Shown here piece after piece: positions 9,193 to 18,980 of a DNA stretch of 64,000 nucleotides. A program made the translations under genes and the position numbers. The notes under the pieces are model-generated. The model saw nothing but the letters and a program-made list of their open reading frames with translations, was not told the DNA's origin and did no database searches. Origin of the DNA: an uncultured Gemmatimonadaceae bacterium (GTDB lineage: Bacteria; Gemmatimonadota; Gemmatimonadetes; Gemmatimonadales; Gemmatimonadaceae); NCBI GenBank assembly GCA_963781585.1, contig CAWAGQ010000008.1:128001-192000 (forward strand), in the 5' to 3' direction. Numbering within the stretch: position 1 is the first letter of the stretch; every line of letters starts with the position of its first letter.

Positions 9193-12100
9193 CCCGGTTG
9201 GGCACCTTCGCCCACTGGTCGGCGGTGAGGATGGCCTGCACCTGCTTCAGGGCGTCCTGCTGATTTTTCTGGAGCTTGTCGAGCTGCGGCCGGAGCTTCG
9301 GCATCAGCGCCGCCATATCGGGGTTTGCCCCGGCGTTCGACACCTGTTTCTGTACGTCCTGACCAAGCACGGTGTTCTTCGCGTTCAGTGAATCCGCGAT
9401 CACCTGCAGCTTCGCGACCTGATCATCGCTGAGCTTGAGGGTGTCTTTCATCTGAATGATGGAATTCACCGGGTTCACGTTCGCCAGCGCGGTGGCGAAG
9501 GCGGCCGGGCCGCCGCCTCCGGGGCCACCGCCACGGCCGCCGCGGCCACCGAACGCCGCGCCGCGAACCGCGTCGATCGCATCGCGCACGCGGTCGGGGC
9601 CGAGCGTGTAGCGCGCGTTGATGCCCACCTGGAACGGAATCTGGATGCCGTTCTGCCCCTGACGCGACGACCCGAAGCGCTCGTTGACCTGATAGATGTA
9701 GCTCTGCGACGACGGATCGAAGCCACGCACGTAGAGCAGCGTGTTGTCCTCGCCGCGGAACGAGCCCCAGCCATGCAGATTGTTCTTGCCGTGGAGGAGC
9801 TGGTCCATGCCGCCCAGGAAATTCTGGGTCACCACCGACACCATCAGGCGGCGGTTCAGTCCAAGCAGCGCCGGGCGCCAGTTGAGCTGGAACTCCAGGC
9901 TGGTTTGCCACGGTCCACGGCAGGAGTTGCGCTCGGCGATGGTTCCGAGGTTGTTGCTCAGGCACTCCCGCACCCCCGGCGACGCGCCGGCGAGCAGGCG
10001 CTCCATGCCGTTGGCGATCGCGGTATCGCCGACGCTGGATGGGTTGAACAGGAACGCGCGGTCGTTTCGTGCGCCGTCACCGTTGATGTCCGCGCTCACC
10101 ATCGGTGTGAACGGAGCTCCCGACGACAGCCGTCCCACGGCGGTCACTTCCATCCCGAGGTTGATCGGATAGGTGATCGATCCGGTGATCGAGTGCCGGC
10201 GATCGAAGTTGCTCACCGCCCACTCGTGCACGTTGGGGTCGCCGGCGGTGGTGGCCGACGAGAAGCCGCCGCCGCCCGAGGAGAAGCCGCCACCGGTGTT
10301 GCGCCCGAAGCCTCCGCCGCCGAATCCGCCGCCTGACGACTGGTCACGCGAAAAGCCGAGGGCGTATCCCAGGTTGAAGATCGCGCCCCGGGTGGTGATG
10401 CCGTTCAGGGACAGCGACAGCTGCTTCGATTCCGATCCGAGATTGGAGCTCGTCAGCAGCACCTGGCTGAAGTTCGGATTGAGTCGCGAGGCGAGGAGGT
10501 TGGTGGTGCCGCTGGTGGGCACGATCGAGGCTGGATCGGCGTAGACCGGCCGCCCGTCCTCCGCCGCCAGATTGAACTGCGGTGTCTCGCGCAGATTGAG
10601 GTCGCGATAGCCCGTCTGGGCCACCCCGCGCGAGTAGCTGAGGTCGGCGCTGAACGAATAGCGCTCGAAGAACCGGCGCTGAGCACCTAACGAGGCGCGC
10701 CAGGCGCGCGGAGCCTGGAAGTTCCTGTCGAACAGCGTGACGTTGGGCACGCCGGTGGGCGAATACAGATTGCCGCCGCCTGCGCACTCGCTGGGAATGC
10801 CCGACGGGTCGAGCTCGAACGCCGACCAGTCGGGCTGCGGAACGTAGGCCCCGGTGCAAACCAGCTGTGCTTCCGCATTCGCGAGGCCGGTCGCCGCCGC
10901 TGCCGCCGAGAACAGGTTGGAGCTCACCGTGCTGCGGAATTCGCCGACTCCGCCGCGCAGGATGAGCGGATTGCTCCCGCCACCACGACCGCCGAATCCA
11001 CCGCCGAATCCGCCCCCGCCACGGCCGCCGAATCCACCGCCGCCTCGACCGCCAAAGCCGCCGCCACCGCCCCCGCCACCGCGGCCGCCACCGTCCGCTC
11101 CACCAGGACCACCACCGGACGAGCCGAGCGTCATCGTGAATCCCACTCGCGGACTGACGTGCACCTCCTTCGGCAGGAAGTCGGTGCGGTGTCCAAACGC
11201 CTGCTCCACCGCCGGATTCTCCTTCGGCGCATCGCCGAAGCGTCCGCCTTCCAGCCGGCCGCCGTAAGTGACCTGCAGCGACCGCGAGACCCGCCAGACA
11301 TCTCCGAGATAGAGCGCGGCATTGATCTGCGACCCCTGTCGCACGTTAGGCTGCAGCGTCCGGGTGAAGCTCGTCGCCTGGCCGGCGTCGAAATCCGCCA
11401 GCGAGTTGAACATGTAGGTCCCGAACCGGTTCGACGTCACGTCCTGCTTGAACGTCTGCTGGTTGAACAGCCCGCCCAGCTTGAACCGGTGTCCCGGCGT
11501 GAGCCAGGAGACCTCGTCGGTGGCCTCGAATCCGGTGCTGCGTCCGTTCTGCGGCAGCCCCGTGTTTCCCCCGAAGGTGAGGGTGGAAACCGCGCGCGTG
11601 GCGCCGCTGGTCAGATCGGACGCGACCTGGACGCGGCCGGCCGGCAGCGTCAGGAACGCCCCCTGGTCCCGCTGGCTGCCGGAGTAGTACGCCTTCAGTT
11701 CGTTGATGTACTTGCCGGCGAAGATCGACGTGTACGTCGCCATCACCCCGGCGCCCCAGTTCTTCGAGGTGCCGCCCGTCTGCGGCAGGGACAGCGTCCC
11801 GACCCGCGCCGGATCCTGGTCACTCCAGTTCCCGTCCCAGCGCAGCGACAGCGAATGACCGTTCGGCATCAGCCAGTCGGTGCGGACGAGGCCGGAGAGG
11901 TTGTTGGACGTCCGGTTGGGATCGAAATACGACCCCGCCTTCATGCCGTTCTGCGCCGCGATGCTGAAGAACCGCGCCACCGAATCGGAACTCACCCCGA
12001 AGCGCGACAGCGTGGTGGCATCGGCGTTGTACAGTGACGGGAGGATGTCCTGGCGCTGGCGAAGCTGGAGCGACCCGAACGCGAACAGGTTGTCCTGCAC

Positions 12101-12985
12101 GATGGCCCGACCGAACCCGCCCGACAGCTGGTTCTGCGTATAACCCTGCGACAACGGCGACGCATCCTCGCCGCTGATCACGAGCTGATCGTCGCGGAGC
12201 TGGTAGGAGAAGTTCCCCTGCGGACGGTTCGTCCCCGACCGCGTCGTCGACGCGATGAGACCGCCCGAAAACTGCCCGCGGGTGACGTCGTAGGTGCTGG
12301 TGATCACCCGGGTGCTGCGGGTGGCCTCGGACGGAACCTCGGTGGTGCCGAAGCTCACGCCGTCCAGCGTGATGGCGTTCGCCTCGGGGCGCTGCCCCGC
12401 AACCGAGAACCCTGCCGCGGTCGTGTCGGACCCGGTGATCGCCACCACGTTAGGCGACAGGAGTGCCAGGTTCAGCAGATCGCTGGCATCCACCGGGAGC
12501 CTGGCCGCCTGGTCGGGCGTGAACGCCCGCTCGATCGACCCCGGCGTGGGGAGATCGCCGCCACGCGGGAGCGGCTGCCGCCCCGTAACGTTCACACCCT
12601 GCAGCGTGGTCGCGTTCATCGACAGCACCGCGTCGGCCACCAGCCGGTCCTCGTCGGCGATACGAGTGAGCCGCTGCGCGTTAGGCGCGAGACCGATCTG
12701 GCGGATCACCACCTGGTAGTCGCCGCCACCGTCCGGGAACAGGATCGTGTAGCGGCCCTGCGCGTTCGTGCGGGCGCGACGCGTCACGGTGGTCTCGAGC
12801 GACGTGACCTCGACGGTCGCGCCCTCGATTGGGGCGCCGTTCTCGGCCTTGACGGTCCCGGTGATGATGTCGGTGGTGACGCCGATCTGGGCGCGCGCAA
12901 CGGCGGGGGCGGCGAGAAAAAGCGCGAACAGGAGAGCAATGCGGTGCCAGCGTCGGGCGCCGAGCGCCAGGGCACGGAAATGCAC
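9119..12985 (-). CDS. Oar-like TonB-dependent receptor with N-terminal carboxypeptidase-regulatory-like domain and C-terminal helical extension
   Basis: Signal peptide; plug motifs (N.ITLDG, G.FSGG.I...TRSGTN), beta-strand-rich body, DINGDG.RNDR loop; GTG start estimated. Confidence 0.85.
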   Translation of the reverse strand: MHFRALALGARRWHRIALLFALFLAAPAVARAQIGVTTDIITGTVKAENGAPIEGATVEVTSLETTVTRRARTNAQGRYTILFPDGGGDYQVVIRQIGLAPNAQRLTRIADEDRLVADAVLSMNATTLQGVNVTGRQPLPRGGDLPTPGSIERAFTPDQAARLPVDASDLLNLALLSPNVVAITGSDTTAAGFSVAGQRPEANAITLDGVSFGTTEVPSEATRSTRVITSTYDVTRGQFSGGLIASTTRSGTNRPQGNFSYQLRDDQLVISGEDASPLSQGYTQNQLSGGFGRAIVQDNLFAFGSLQLRQRQDILPSLYNADATTLSRFGVSSDSVARFFSIAAQNGMKAGSYFDPNRTSNNLSGLVRTDWLMPNGHSLSLRWDGNWSDQDPARVGTLSLPQTGGTSKNWGAGVMATYTSIFAGKYINELKAYYSGSQRDQGAFLTLPAGRVQVASDLTSGATRAVSTLTFGGNTGLPQNGRSTGFEATDEVSWLTPGHRFKLGGLFNQQTFKQDVTSNRFGTYMFNSLADFDAGQATSFTRTLQPNVRQGSQINAALYLGDVWRVSRSLQVTYGGRLEGGRFGDAPKENPAVEQAFGHRTDFLPKEVHVSPRVGFTMTLGSSGGGPGGADGGGRGGGGGGGGFGGRGGGGFGGRGGGGFGGGFGGRGGGSNPLILRGGVGEFRSTVSSNLFSAAAAATGLANAEAQLVCTGAYVPQPDWSAFELDPSGIPSECAGGGNLYSPTGVPNVTLFDRNFQAPRAWRASLGAQRRFFERYSFSADLSYSRGVAQTGYRDLNLRETPQFNLAAEDGRPVYADPASIVPTSGTTNLLASRLNPNFSQVLLTSSNLGSESKQLSLSLNGITTRGAIFNLGYALGFSRDQSSGGGFGGGGFGRNTGGGFSSGGGGFSSATTAGDPNVHEWAVSNFDRRHSITGSITYPINLGMEVTAVGRLSSGAPFTPMVSADINGDGARNDRAFLFNPSSVGDTAIANGMERLLAGASPGVRECLSNNLGTIAERNSCRGPWQTSLEFQLNWRPALLGLNRRLMVSVVTQNFLGGMDQLLHGKNNLHGWGSFRGEDNTLLYVRGFDPSSQSYIYQVNERFGSSRQGQNGIQIPFQVGINARYTLGPDRVRDAIDAVRGAAFGGRGGRGGGPGGGGPAAFATALANVNPVNSIIQMKDTLKLSDDQVAKLQVIADSLNAKNTVLGQDVQKQVSNAGANPDMAALMPKLRPQLDKLQKNQQDALKQVQAILTADQWAKVPNRVKNGRGFGAGPGQGGRPGRPPGSP

Positions 12986-13241
12986 GGAGAAAATCCTCAC
13001 AGCCGAAGTGGGCCAGCAGGTTCTTAGACGCGCAGCCGGCACAGGATGTTAAACGTGTTCCGACGGCAACTCGCTGTGTGGCTGTCCCTTGGGCCACTCG
13101 AACCGCAGCCCGACGCCCGGGACGCGGAAGCCGCCGCCCCCCCTCACAGCCCGCGCGCCGACGCCCTGCCCCCGGCACCCCCGGGTGTGCAGCGCCAGGC
13201 ACCCCATGGGGTTGGAAGGAAGATTCGGATCCGCGACTGTT

Positions 13242-13257
13242 TGACAGGCCCCTGTCA
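13242..13257. promoter_or_regulatory. Palindrome TGACAGG-cc-CCTGTCA overlapping a TTGACA hexamer; possible operator
   Basis: 7-bp inverted arms in the divergent intergenic region. Confidence 0.35.
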
Positions 13258-13413
13258 GGTCGGCGATGCATTCTCCATGTCGCGCCCGCGAACGGAACTG
13301 GCCGGCGCCGGCGGCGCTCATACCGACCGCCAGCAGTCGGCAGGCGTGCCAGTTCGGTCCTCGGCGTGCTCACCGGTCACTGCTGGACAGATCCACGAAT
13401 CGCGACAGACCAC

Positions 13414-14628
13414 ATGCTGCTTGCCGAGATCATCGCCGTTGCCCTCGCCGCACTCCGCGCGAACAAGCTCCGTTCGCTGCTCACTATGCTCGGGATCATG
13501 ATCGGCGTCGGCTCGGTGATCACCATGGTCGCGCTCGGGAACGGGGCCGAGCGATCGGTGCGCGACCGGATCCAGCGCCTCGGAACGACCATCATCCAGA
13601 TCGATCCGCGGCGGGTGCGCCAGGGCGGCATTAGCACCGCCGACCCCGCGCGCCTGACGACGAAGGACGTGGACATGATTCTCGAGCGCGCACCGAACGT
13701 GGTTGGGGTGAACTACACGCAGGATCGGACCCTCCACGTGGTGTGGGGCGCCCACAATGCCAGCGTCCAGGTGACCGGGAGCAACGCGAACTTCCTGACG
13801 GTGCGCGGATTCCGGCTGGCCTACGGACGGATGTTCACGGAGCTGGAAGATCATCAGAAGCGGCGGGTGGCCGTGATCGGTGCGGGTGTGCTGCCCTACC
13901 TCACCGGTGACGACGGAGCCGGCCTGGTTGGAGAACAGATCCGCATCTCGGGCCGCGCCTTCACCGTGGTCGGCGTGCTGCAGAATCGGGGCGTGACAGG
14001 CGTGGGGGATGCCGACGAGCAGATCCTCATACCCTACGAGACCGGCCGCTTCGAGGTGTTCGGCCAGAACCGCATCGACGACATCTGGGCCCGCGCGGTG
14101 TCCGAGGATTCGCTCATGCGCGCCATGGCCGAGATCCAGTCTGCGCTGCGTCGATCCCAGAGGCTGCGTCCGGGGAGTCCCGACAACTTCAACATGCGCA
14201 ACCAGGCCGACTTCCTGGTCGCCCTGAGCGAGACCACCGCCGTTTTCACGCTGCTGCTGGCGGGCATCGCCGCGGTGAGCCTGCTGGTGGGTGGGATCGG
14301 CATCATGAACATCATGCTCGTCTCCGTCACGGAGCGCACGCGCGAGATCGGCGTGCGGAAGGCACTGGGCGCCACCCGCTCGAACATCCTCCTGCAGTTC
14401 CTGGCGGAGGCCGTGGTGCTCTGTCTGCTCGGCGGGGCGATCGGCATCGCGGTGGGTGTGGGTGCCTCGCAGGTGTCGCAGAGCACCATGGGGTGGAATA
14501 CGGCGGTCGACCCCTGGTCGGTCGCGGTGGCGTTCGGATTCGCGAGCGCGATTGGACTCGTGTTCGGCATCTGGCCGGCGCGGCGGGCTGCGCGCCTCGA
14601 TCCGGTCGAGGCACTGAGGTATGAATGA
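13414..14628 (+). CDS. MacB/FtsX-family ABC transporter permease
   Basis: NKLRSLLTMLGI.IGV; SLLVGGIGIMNIMLVSVTERTREIGVRKALGA; PA.RAARLDPVEALRYE. Confidence 0.93.
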   Translation: MLLAEIIAVALAALRANKLRSLLTMLGIMIGVGSVITMVALGNGAERSVRDRIQRLGTTIIQIDPRRVRQGGISTADPARLTTKDVDMILERAPNVVGVNYTQDRTLHVVWGAHNASVQVTGSNANFLTVRGFRLAYGRMFTELEDHQKRRVAVIGAGVLPYLTGDDGAGLVGEQIRISGRAFTVVGVLQNRGVTGVGDADEQILIPYETGRFEVFGQNRIDDIWARAVSEDSLMRAMAEIQSALRRSQRLRPGSPDNFNMRNQADFLVALSETTAVFTLLLAGIAAVSLLVGGIGIMNIMLVSVTERTREIGVRKALGATRSNILLQFLAEAVVLCLLGGAIGIAVGVGASQVSQSTMGWNTAVDPWSVAVAFGFASAIGLVFGIWPARRAARLDPVEALRYE

Positions 14629-14735
14629 GGCAAGGGCATGGGCCATACCATAGGTCATAGGCCATAGCCAAGGCCAGAAAGGTCATGGCGCCGCCTCGGG
14701 GTTTGGCCTCTGGCCTCGGGACTGTGGCCCATGGC
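14629..14735. repeat. Degenerate GGCCATA/GGCCAAA heptamer repeats followed by inverted copies
   Basis: ggccatac ... ggtcata ggccata gccaaggccaga ... tggcctc tggcctc. Confidence 0.6.
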
Positions 14736-14936
14736 GGTATCCAGCCTGCCATCTCGACCAGTGCCCGGTCATGCTGACAAGCCGCGTCGTACCGAGCTTG
14801 CCACGATGACAACTCCTGAGAGGTACGGCTCGTGCCTGGTCTCACGGCGGAGTCACTGAGCCGGGCCCCGTTGTGGGTCGGCCGCCTGCTGAAGTCAATC
14901 AGACCGCAACCTTATCAGCACGTCATGGAGGAAGTC

Positions 14937-15395
14937 ATGGTCACGATCTCCCCGATCAATGCGGTGCTCGATCGCATGGTCACGCTCAGCCGCGCGATGG
15001 GCGACATATCTGGACGAACGAATAGCGACGCCTCGAAGGGCAGCCTCGTGGAGCAGTACTGGGTCCCGGCGCTCGATGCCTGGGAGACTGAAAACGCTTT
15101 TCTCGTCAAGCTTGATCTGCCCGGCGTGTCCGCCGAGCACGTCGACATCAACTTCGACCGCAATACCCTGACCATTCAGGGGAATCGTGCTCCCGCGATG
15201 CAGGCGCCGGAGAACGGCGAGCTGCGCGTCTTCTTCGCCGAGCGGGCGTCGGGCTCATTCACGCGTTCGCTGCGGTTCCCGCAGTACGTGGTGGGCGACG
15301 GGATCACGGCCGACTTCACCAGCGGCGTCCTGACGATTACGGTGCCGAAGGCGGAGAGCGCGAAGCCGCGGAAGATTCTGGTCTCTGCGAAGTAG
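14937..15395 (+). CDS. Hsp20/alpha-crystallin small heat shock protein
   Basis: W.PALD..E, DLPGV, ER.SGSFTRS..FP, A.F..GVL.ITVPK.E..KPRKI; GGAGG RBS. Confidence 0.93.
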   Translation: MVTISPINAVLDRMVTLSRAMGDISGRTNSDASKGSLVEQYWVPALDAWETENAFLVKLDLPGVSAEHVDINFDRNTLTIQGNRAPAMQAPENGELRVFFAERASGSFTRSLRFPQYVVGDGITADFTSGVLTITVPKAESAKPRKILVSAK

Positions 15396-15411
15396 GGGAC
15401 TCAGGATGCGC

Positions 15412-15458
15412 AGCTCATAGCTCATAGAGCGAGTAGCGCTGTGAGCTATGCGCTATGA
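15412..15458. terminator. Hairpin between convergent genes built from heptamer units
   Basis: catagctcatag (15416-15427) pairs with ctgtgagctatg (15439-15450). Confidence 0.55.
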
Positions 15459-15478
15459 CCCGTAGTCCTCGCACCGTT

Positions 15479-17569
15479 CTACCGAGTGGAGGAGTAGACC
15501 CGCAGTCCCACCCACACCGTCCGTCCCGGCCCGGGCTCGAAGAAGCGACCGTTCGACGCGTTCGACACCACGTTCGCGGCATACGTCCTGTCGAAGATGT
15601 TGTCGATGCCGATCACGGGCTGGGCCCCCAGTCTCGTGAGCTCCAGCGCCAGTCGCGCGTTGACCACGGTGTAGGCGTTCGCGTAGTTGGCGTTCGCATC
15701 GTCGGCCGGCTGCCGCGCGGCGTGCTGCAGTTCCACGGCGACCAGGGCCCATGCCGGCCGCGCGGTGGCATAGGCGCTCAAGGTGGCCGGCGCCACGCCC
15801 GGCACGTGGTTGTCACGATAGCTGGTCCCGCTCACCACGAAATCCTGATACGTGTAGCGGAGCCATCCGCCCGACGCACCTAACGAGAAAATGCCGCGGG
15901 CCGCGGAGAGCCCGATCTCGGCGCCGCGCCGTTCGGTGTGTCCGGCGTTCCGGTAGTACCGGCGTCCGCTGCCGTCGGGGACCTCGAACGGGATCAGTTC
16001 ATCCGTCGTGGTGACACGATAGAGCGCCAGGTCGTAGCTCAACTGGCCGTGCCAGATGCCCTTGGCGCCCGCCTCGATCGTGCGTCCGTGCTGCGGCTTG
16101 AGCGCGCGATTGAGCCCACCGCTCCCGTCGGGCTGATTGGCCAACTCGGTGGTCGTCGGTGTCTCGAACGACGACGATACATTCGCGTACAGTGACGCCA
16201 GCGCCGCGACCCGCCAGTTGATCCCCGCCATCGGCGTGACGTCGCTCAGCGTGCGCGACTGTTCGCCCGGCACGCCGGTGGGGCGGTGGTCCAGTACGCC
16301 AAACCGGGTCCGATCGCCCCGCACCGTCGCGGCGAGGGACAGCCGTTCGGTAGGATCCACCTCGGCGCGGGCGTAGGCTCCCAGACCCAGCACGCGCTCG
16401 CGCTGATCCACCGTGATACTCCCCTGATCGGAGGTGCCGGGACAGGTGGCGGGACGGGTGCCGGTGAGCCCGGCGCAGTTCGCGAAGTTCTGCCGGTCGT
16501 CGTCCTGACTGAGCAGGTCGATGCCGGCGGCCAGGCGCACCGGACGCCCGGCGGCTGTGAGATTGTACTGCCCGCGCGCCGATCCGCCTAACGTCATCCG
16601 GTCGAACGACACGATCGCGAAGCTCTGCGGATTGTCGAGCGACCGCAGGCCGCCGTGCAGGTTGACGTTGAGGGAGCCCCGATCGCCGTCGTGAGACGCC
16701 TGGAGCGCCAGGATCGATTGCGTGACCGTCTTGCTCGCTTTCTTTCTGACGTTGGTGGGATCGGCGGCCGTGCGGTCGGAGGCCATTTCCGCGGCGGTGA
16801 GCGATCCCGGATTCTGTGCCAGGGGTGAATCGAACCAGCTGACCTGGGCCAGGTACCGCGTGCCGCCGGCGGCCCATCGGGCGTCGGCGTTGGCGCTGGT
16901 ATTCCGGAAGCGGGAATACTTGCGCGGCCCCTGGCCCTGGTTCCAACTGGACGTCGCCTGCATCCCGACCTTGCGGGCGCGCCCGCCCACGTAGGCCGAC
17001 GCGCGCTTCACCCCGTCGGCGTAGAACGCGCGCACACGCGCCTCGGCGCCGGAATCGGGCGGCGCCTCGGTGCGGAAGTCCACCACGCCGCCTGACGAGT
17101 TGCCGTATAGCGCGCCGGCACTGCCCCGGATGACCTCGACCGCGGCGACCGTCTCGAGGTCCAGGTAGTCGACCGCGGTCTGGCCGTCGGCCTGGGTGAG
17201 CGGAATCCCGTCGCGGAGAATGCGCACGCCGCGGATCCCGAACGCCGAGCGGGCACCGAAGCCCCGGATCGCGAGCCGGGGATCCTGAGTCGGGTTGAAC
17301 CGGTTGGCGACACTGACCCCGGGAACGAACGCCAGCATGTCGGTGAGCGACGCCCGCCTGGTGCCGGCGCGCGACGAGTCGATCGTCAGGCGCGTGAGCG
17401 CGAACGGGAGGTCGAACGTTGACCGGGCCGCATCGCGGGTGACGGTGACGCGCACCGGCGTGATTCGGACGGCGGCGGAGTCCTGGCATTCCACCGGCGG
17501 TGCGCGCAGGACCAGCAGGAGCGCGACAACGCCGCCGGCAACGCGGACTCGCGCGAATATGTCAGGCAC
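15479..17569 (-). CDS. TonB-dependent receptor (YncD/PqqU-like)
   Basis: N..QD.R..IRGFGARS.FGIRG.R...DGIP.T..DGQ plug, EVIRG..GALYGN.SGGV, ETPT..EL, FEPGPGR. Confidence 0.9.
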   Translation of the reverse strand: MPDIFARVRVAGGVVALLLVLRAPPVECQDSAAVRITPVRVTVTRDAARSTFDLPFALTRLTIDSSRAGTRRASLTDMLAFVPGVSVANRFNPTQDPRLAIRGFGARSAFGIRGVRILRDGIPLTQADGQTAVDYLDLETVAAVEVIRGSAGALYGNSSGGVVDFRTEAPPDSGAEARVRAFYADGVKRASAYVGGRARKVGMQATSSWNQGQGPRKYSRFRNTSANADARWAAGGTRYLAQVSWFDSPLAQNPGSLTAAEMASDRTAADPTNVRKKASKTVTQSILALQASHDGDRGSLNVNLHGGLRSLDNPQSFAIVSFDRMTLGGSARGQYNLTAAGRPVRLAAGIDLLSQDDDRQNFANCAGLTGTRPATCPGTSDQGSITVDQRERVLGLGAYARAEVDPTERLSLAATVRGDRTRFGVLDHRPTGVPGEQSRTLSDVTPMAGINWRVAALASLYANVSSSFETPTTTELANQPDGSGGLNRALKPQHGRTIEAGAKGIWHGQLSYDLALYRVTTTDELIPFEVPDGSGRRYYRNAGHTERRGAEIGLSAARGIFSLGASGGWLRYTYQDFVVSGTSYRDNHVPGVAPATLSAYATARPAWALVAVELQHAARQPADDANANYANAYTVVNARLALELTRLGAQPVIGIDNIFDRTYAANVVSNASNGRFFEPGPGRTVWVGLRVYSSTR

Positions 17570-17980
17570 GATGAGATATCGCCCGGGTCAGGAGTTGGCG
17601 TGCCGCCACCATCGGCATGATGGGGCGACTGTCGCTGCCCGGAACGGTGCACCGATGAATCACGTCACGGAAGATGTTCTCTGCGGCTGTGCGGGGCCTG
17701 ACCGACAGCTTTCGCTCGATGCGCTATCCGGCCGTGCACCCGGACCGGATTCCAGAAGCCGGACGCAACGGGCGCGCCAGGTCCGAGGTGAACGATGGGG
17801 CTCACCATGCGGGTCGTGCTGGTGCTGGCGGCCGTTCTCGCCGTGCTCGCCCTCGATCCGACTGACCCGTCCAAGCTGGCTGTTCCAGTCGGCGTCCCGC
17901 TCAAACCCGCGGGCTCTTGTGGTTGTCCTATTATTCGAGTCACCTGCTTGATTCGAGTCGTCTACCCGGGAACCGCCACG

Positions 17981-18907
17981 ATGCGAACACTTGCTCTTGT
18001 CAGCGCCGCCATGGTGGGCCTCGCCACCACCGCGGCCCTCACCGCGCTCGCACCGATGGCGTCGGCGCAGAACGTGGTCGGGCGCAGTCAGGACGTCTGG
18101 ACCTGGTCCGACCGTGTCGCGCCCGGCGAGTGGTTTCGCTTCAATGCCAGCATGGGCGGTGTGGAAGTGACCGAGGGGTCGAGCGACCAGGTGGAGGTGC
18201 GCGCCGAGAAGGTGCTGAGACGAGGTCGCGCCACGGACATCGGCTTTATCGTCATGCACGGCAACGACGGCACCACCATCTGCGCCGTGTACGAGGATGA
18301 TGACGCGTGCGACACGGACGGGATCCACGGTGGGCGCACGCGCTCATGGCGCGATCGCGCCAGCCTGCGCGTGACCATCCGGCTGCCACACGGCGTGCGT
18401 ATCCGCGCCGCCTCCGGGAACGGCGACGTGAGCGTGAGCGGCGCAACCGACGAAGTGGTGGCCGCCAGCGGGAACGGACGCGTACGCGTGAACGGCTCGG
18501 GCGGCGCGGTGCACGCCTCGTCAGGCAACGGCGCCGTAACCGTGGAAGGAGCGCGTGGTTCGGTCGATGCCAACTCCGGCAACGGCGACGTGTCGATCGC
18601 GACGTCGGTCGGTCCGGTGTCGGCGAACTCCGGGAATGGGGACATCACGGTTTCCATGGACGCGCTGCGCAGCACCGAGGCGATGACCTTCACCACGGGC
18701 AACGGACGGATCACGATCACGCTGCCGTCGGACTATTCGGCCGACCTCGACGCCTCGACGGGGAATGGCAGCATCGAGAGCGATTTCCCGATCACGGTGT
18801 CGGGCCGGATCACCCAGTCCCACGTGCGCGGCACGATCGGCAAGGGCGGCCCCCGCCTGCGGCTGGTGTCGGGGAACGGCCGCATCGAGCTGCGAAAGGG
18901 ACGCTGA
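17981..18907 (+). CDS. DUF4097-family beta-strand repeat (adhesin-like) secreted protein
   Basis: Signal peptide; repeated (A/N)SGNG.V units; G.IG.GG..LRL.SGNG.IE.RK C-terminus. Confidence 0.85.
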   Translation: MRTLALVSAAMVGLATTAALTALAPMASAQNVVGRSQDVWTWSDRVAPGEWFRFNASMGGVEVTEGSSDQVEVRAEKVLRRGRATDIGFIVMHGNDGTTICAVYEDDDACDTDGIHGGRTRSWRDRASLRVTIRLPHGVRIRAASGNGDVSVSGATDEVVAASGNGRVRVNGSGGAVHASSGNGAVTVEGARGSVDANSGNGDVSIATSVGPVSANSGNGDITVSMDALRSTEAMTFTTGNGRITITLPSDYSADLDASTGNGSIESDFPITVSGRITQSHVRGTIGKGGPRLRLVSGNGRIELRKGR

Positions 18908-18980
18908 GTCCGCGCGGACATCTCCGCGCCGGGCGAAACGTGTGTTCGCGTTCCGCCGAAGGAGGGCCGGGGTAGCGGCA

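Noticed and set aside
17795..17980. N-terminal extension of the DUF4097 gene
   Set aside because: A clean signal peptide begins at ATG 17981; the upstream part is unsupported
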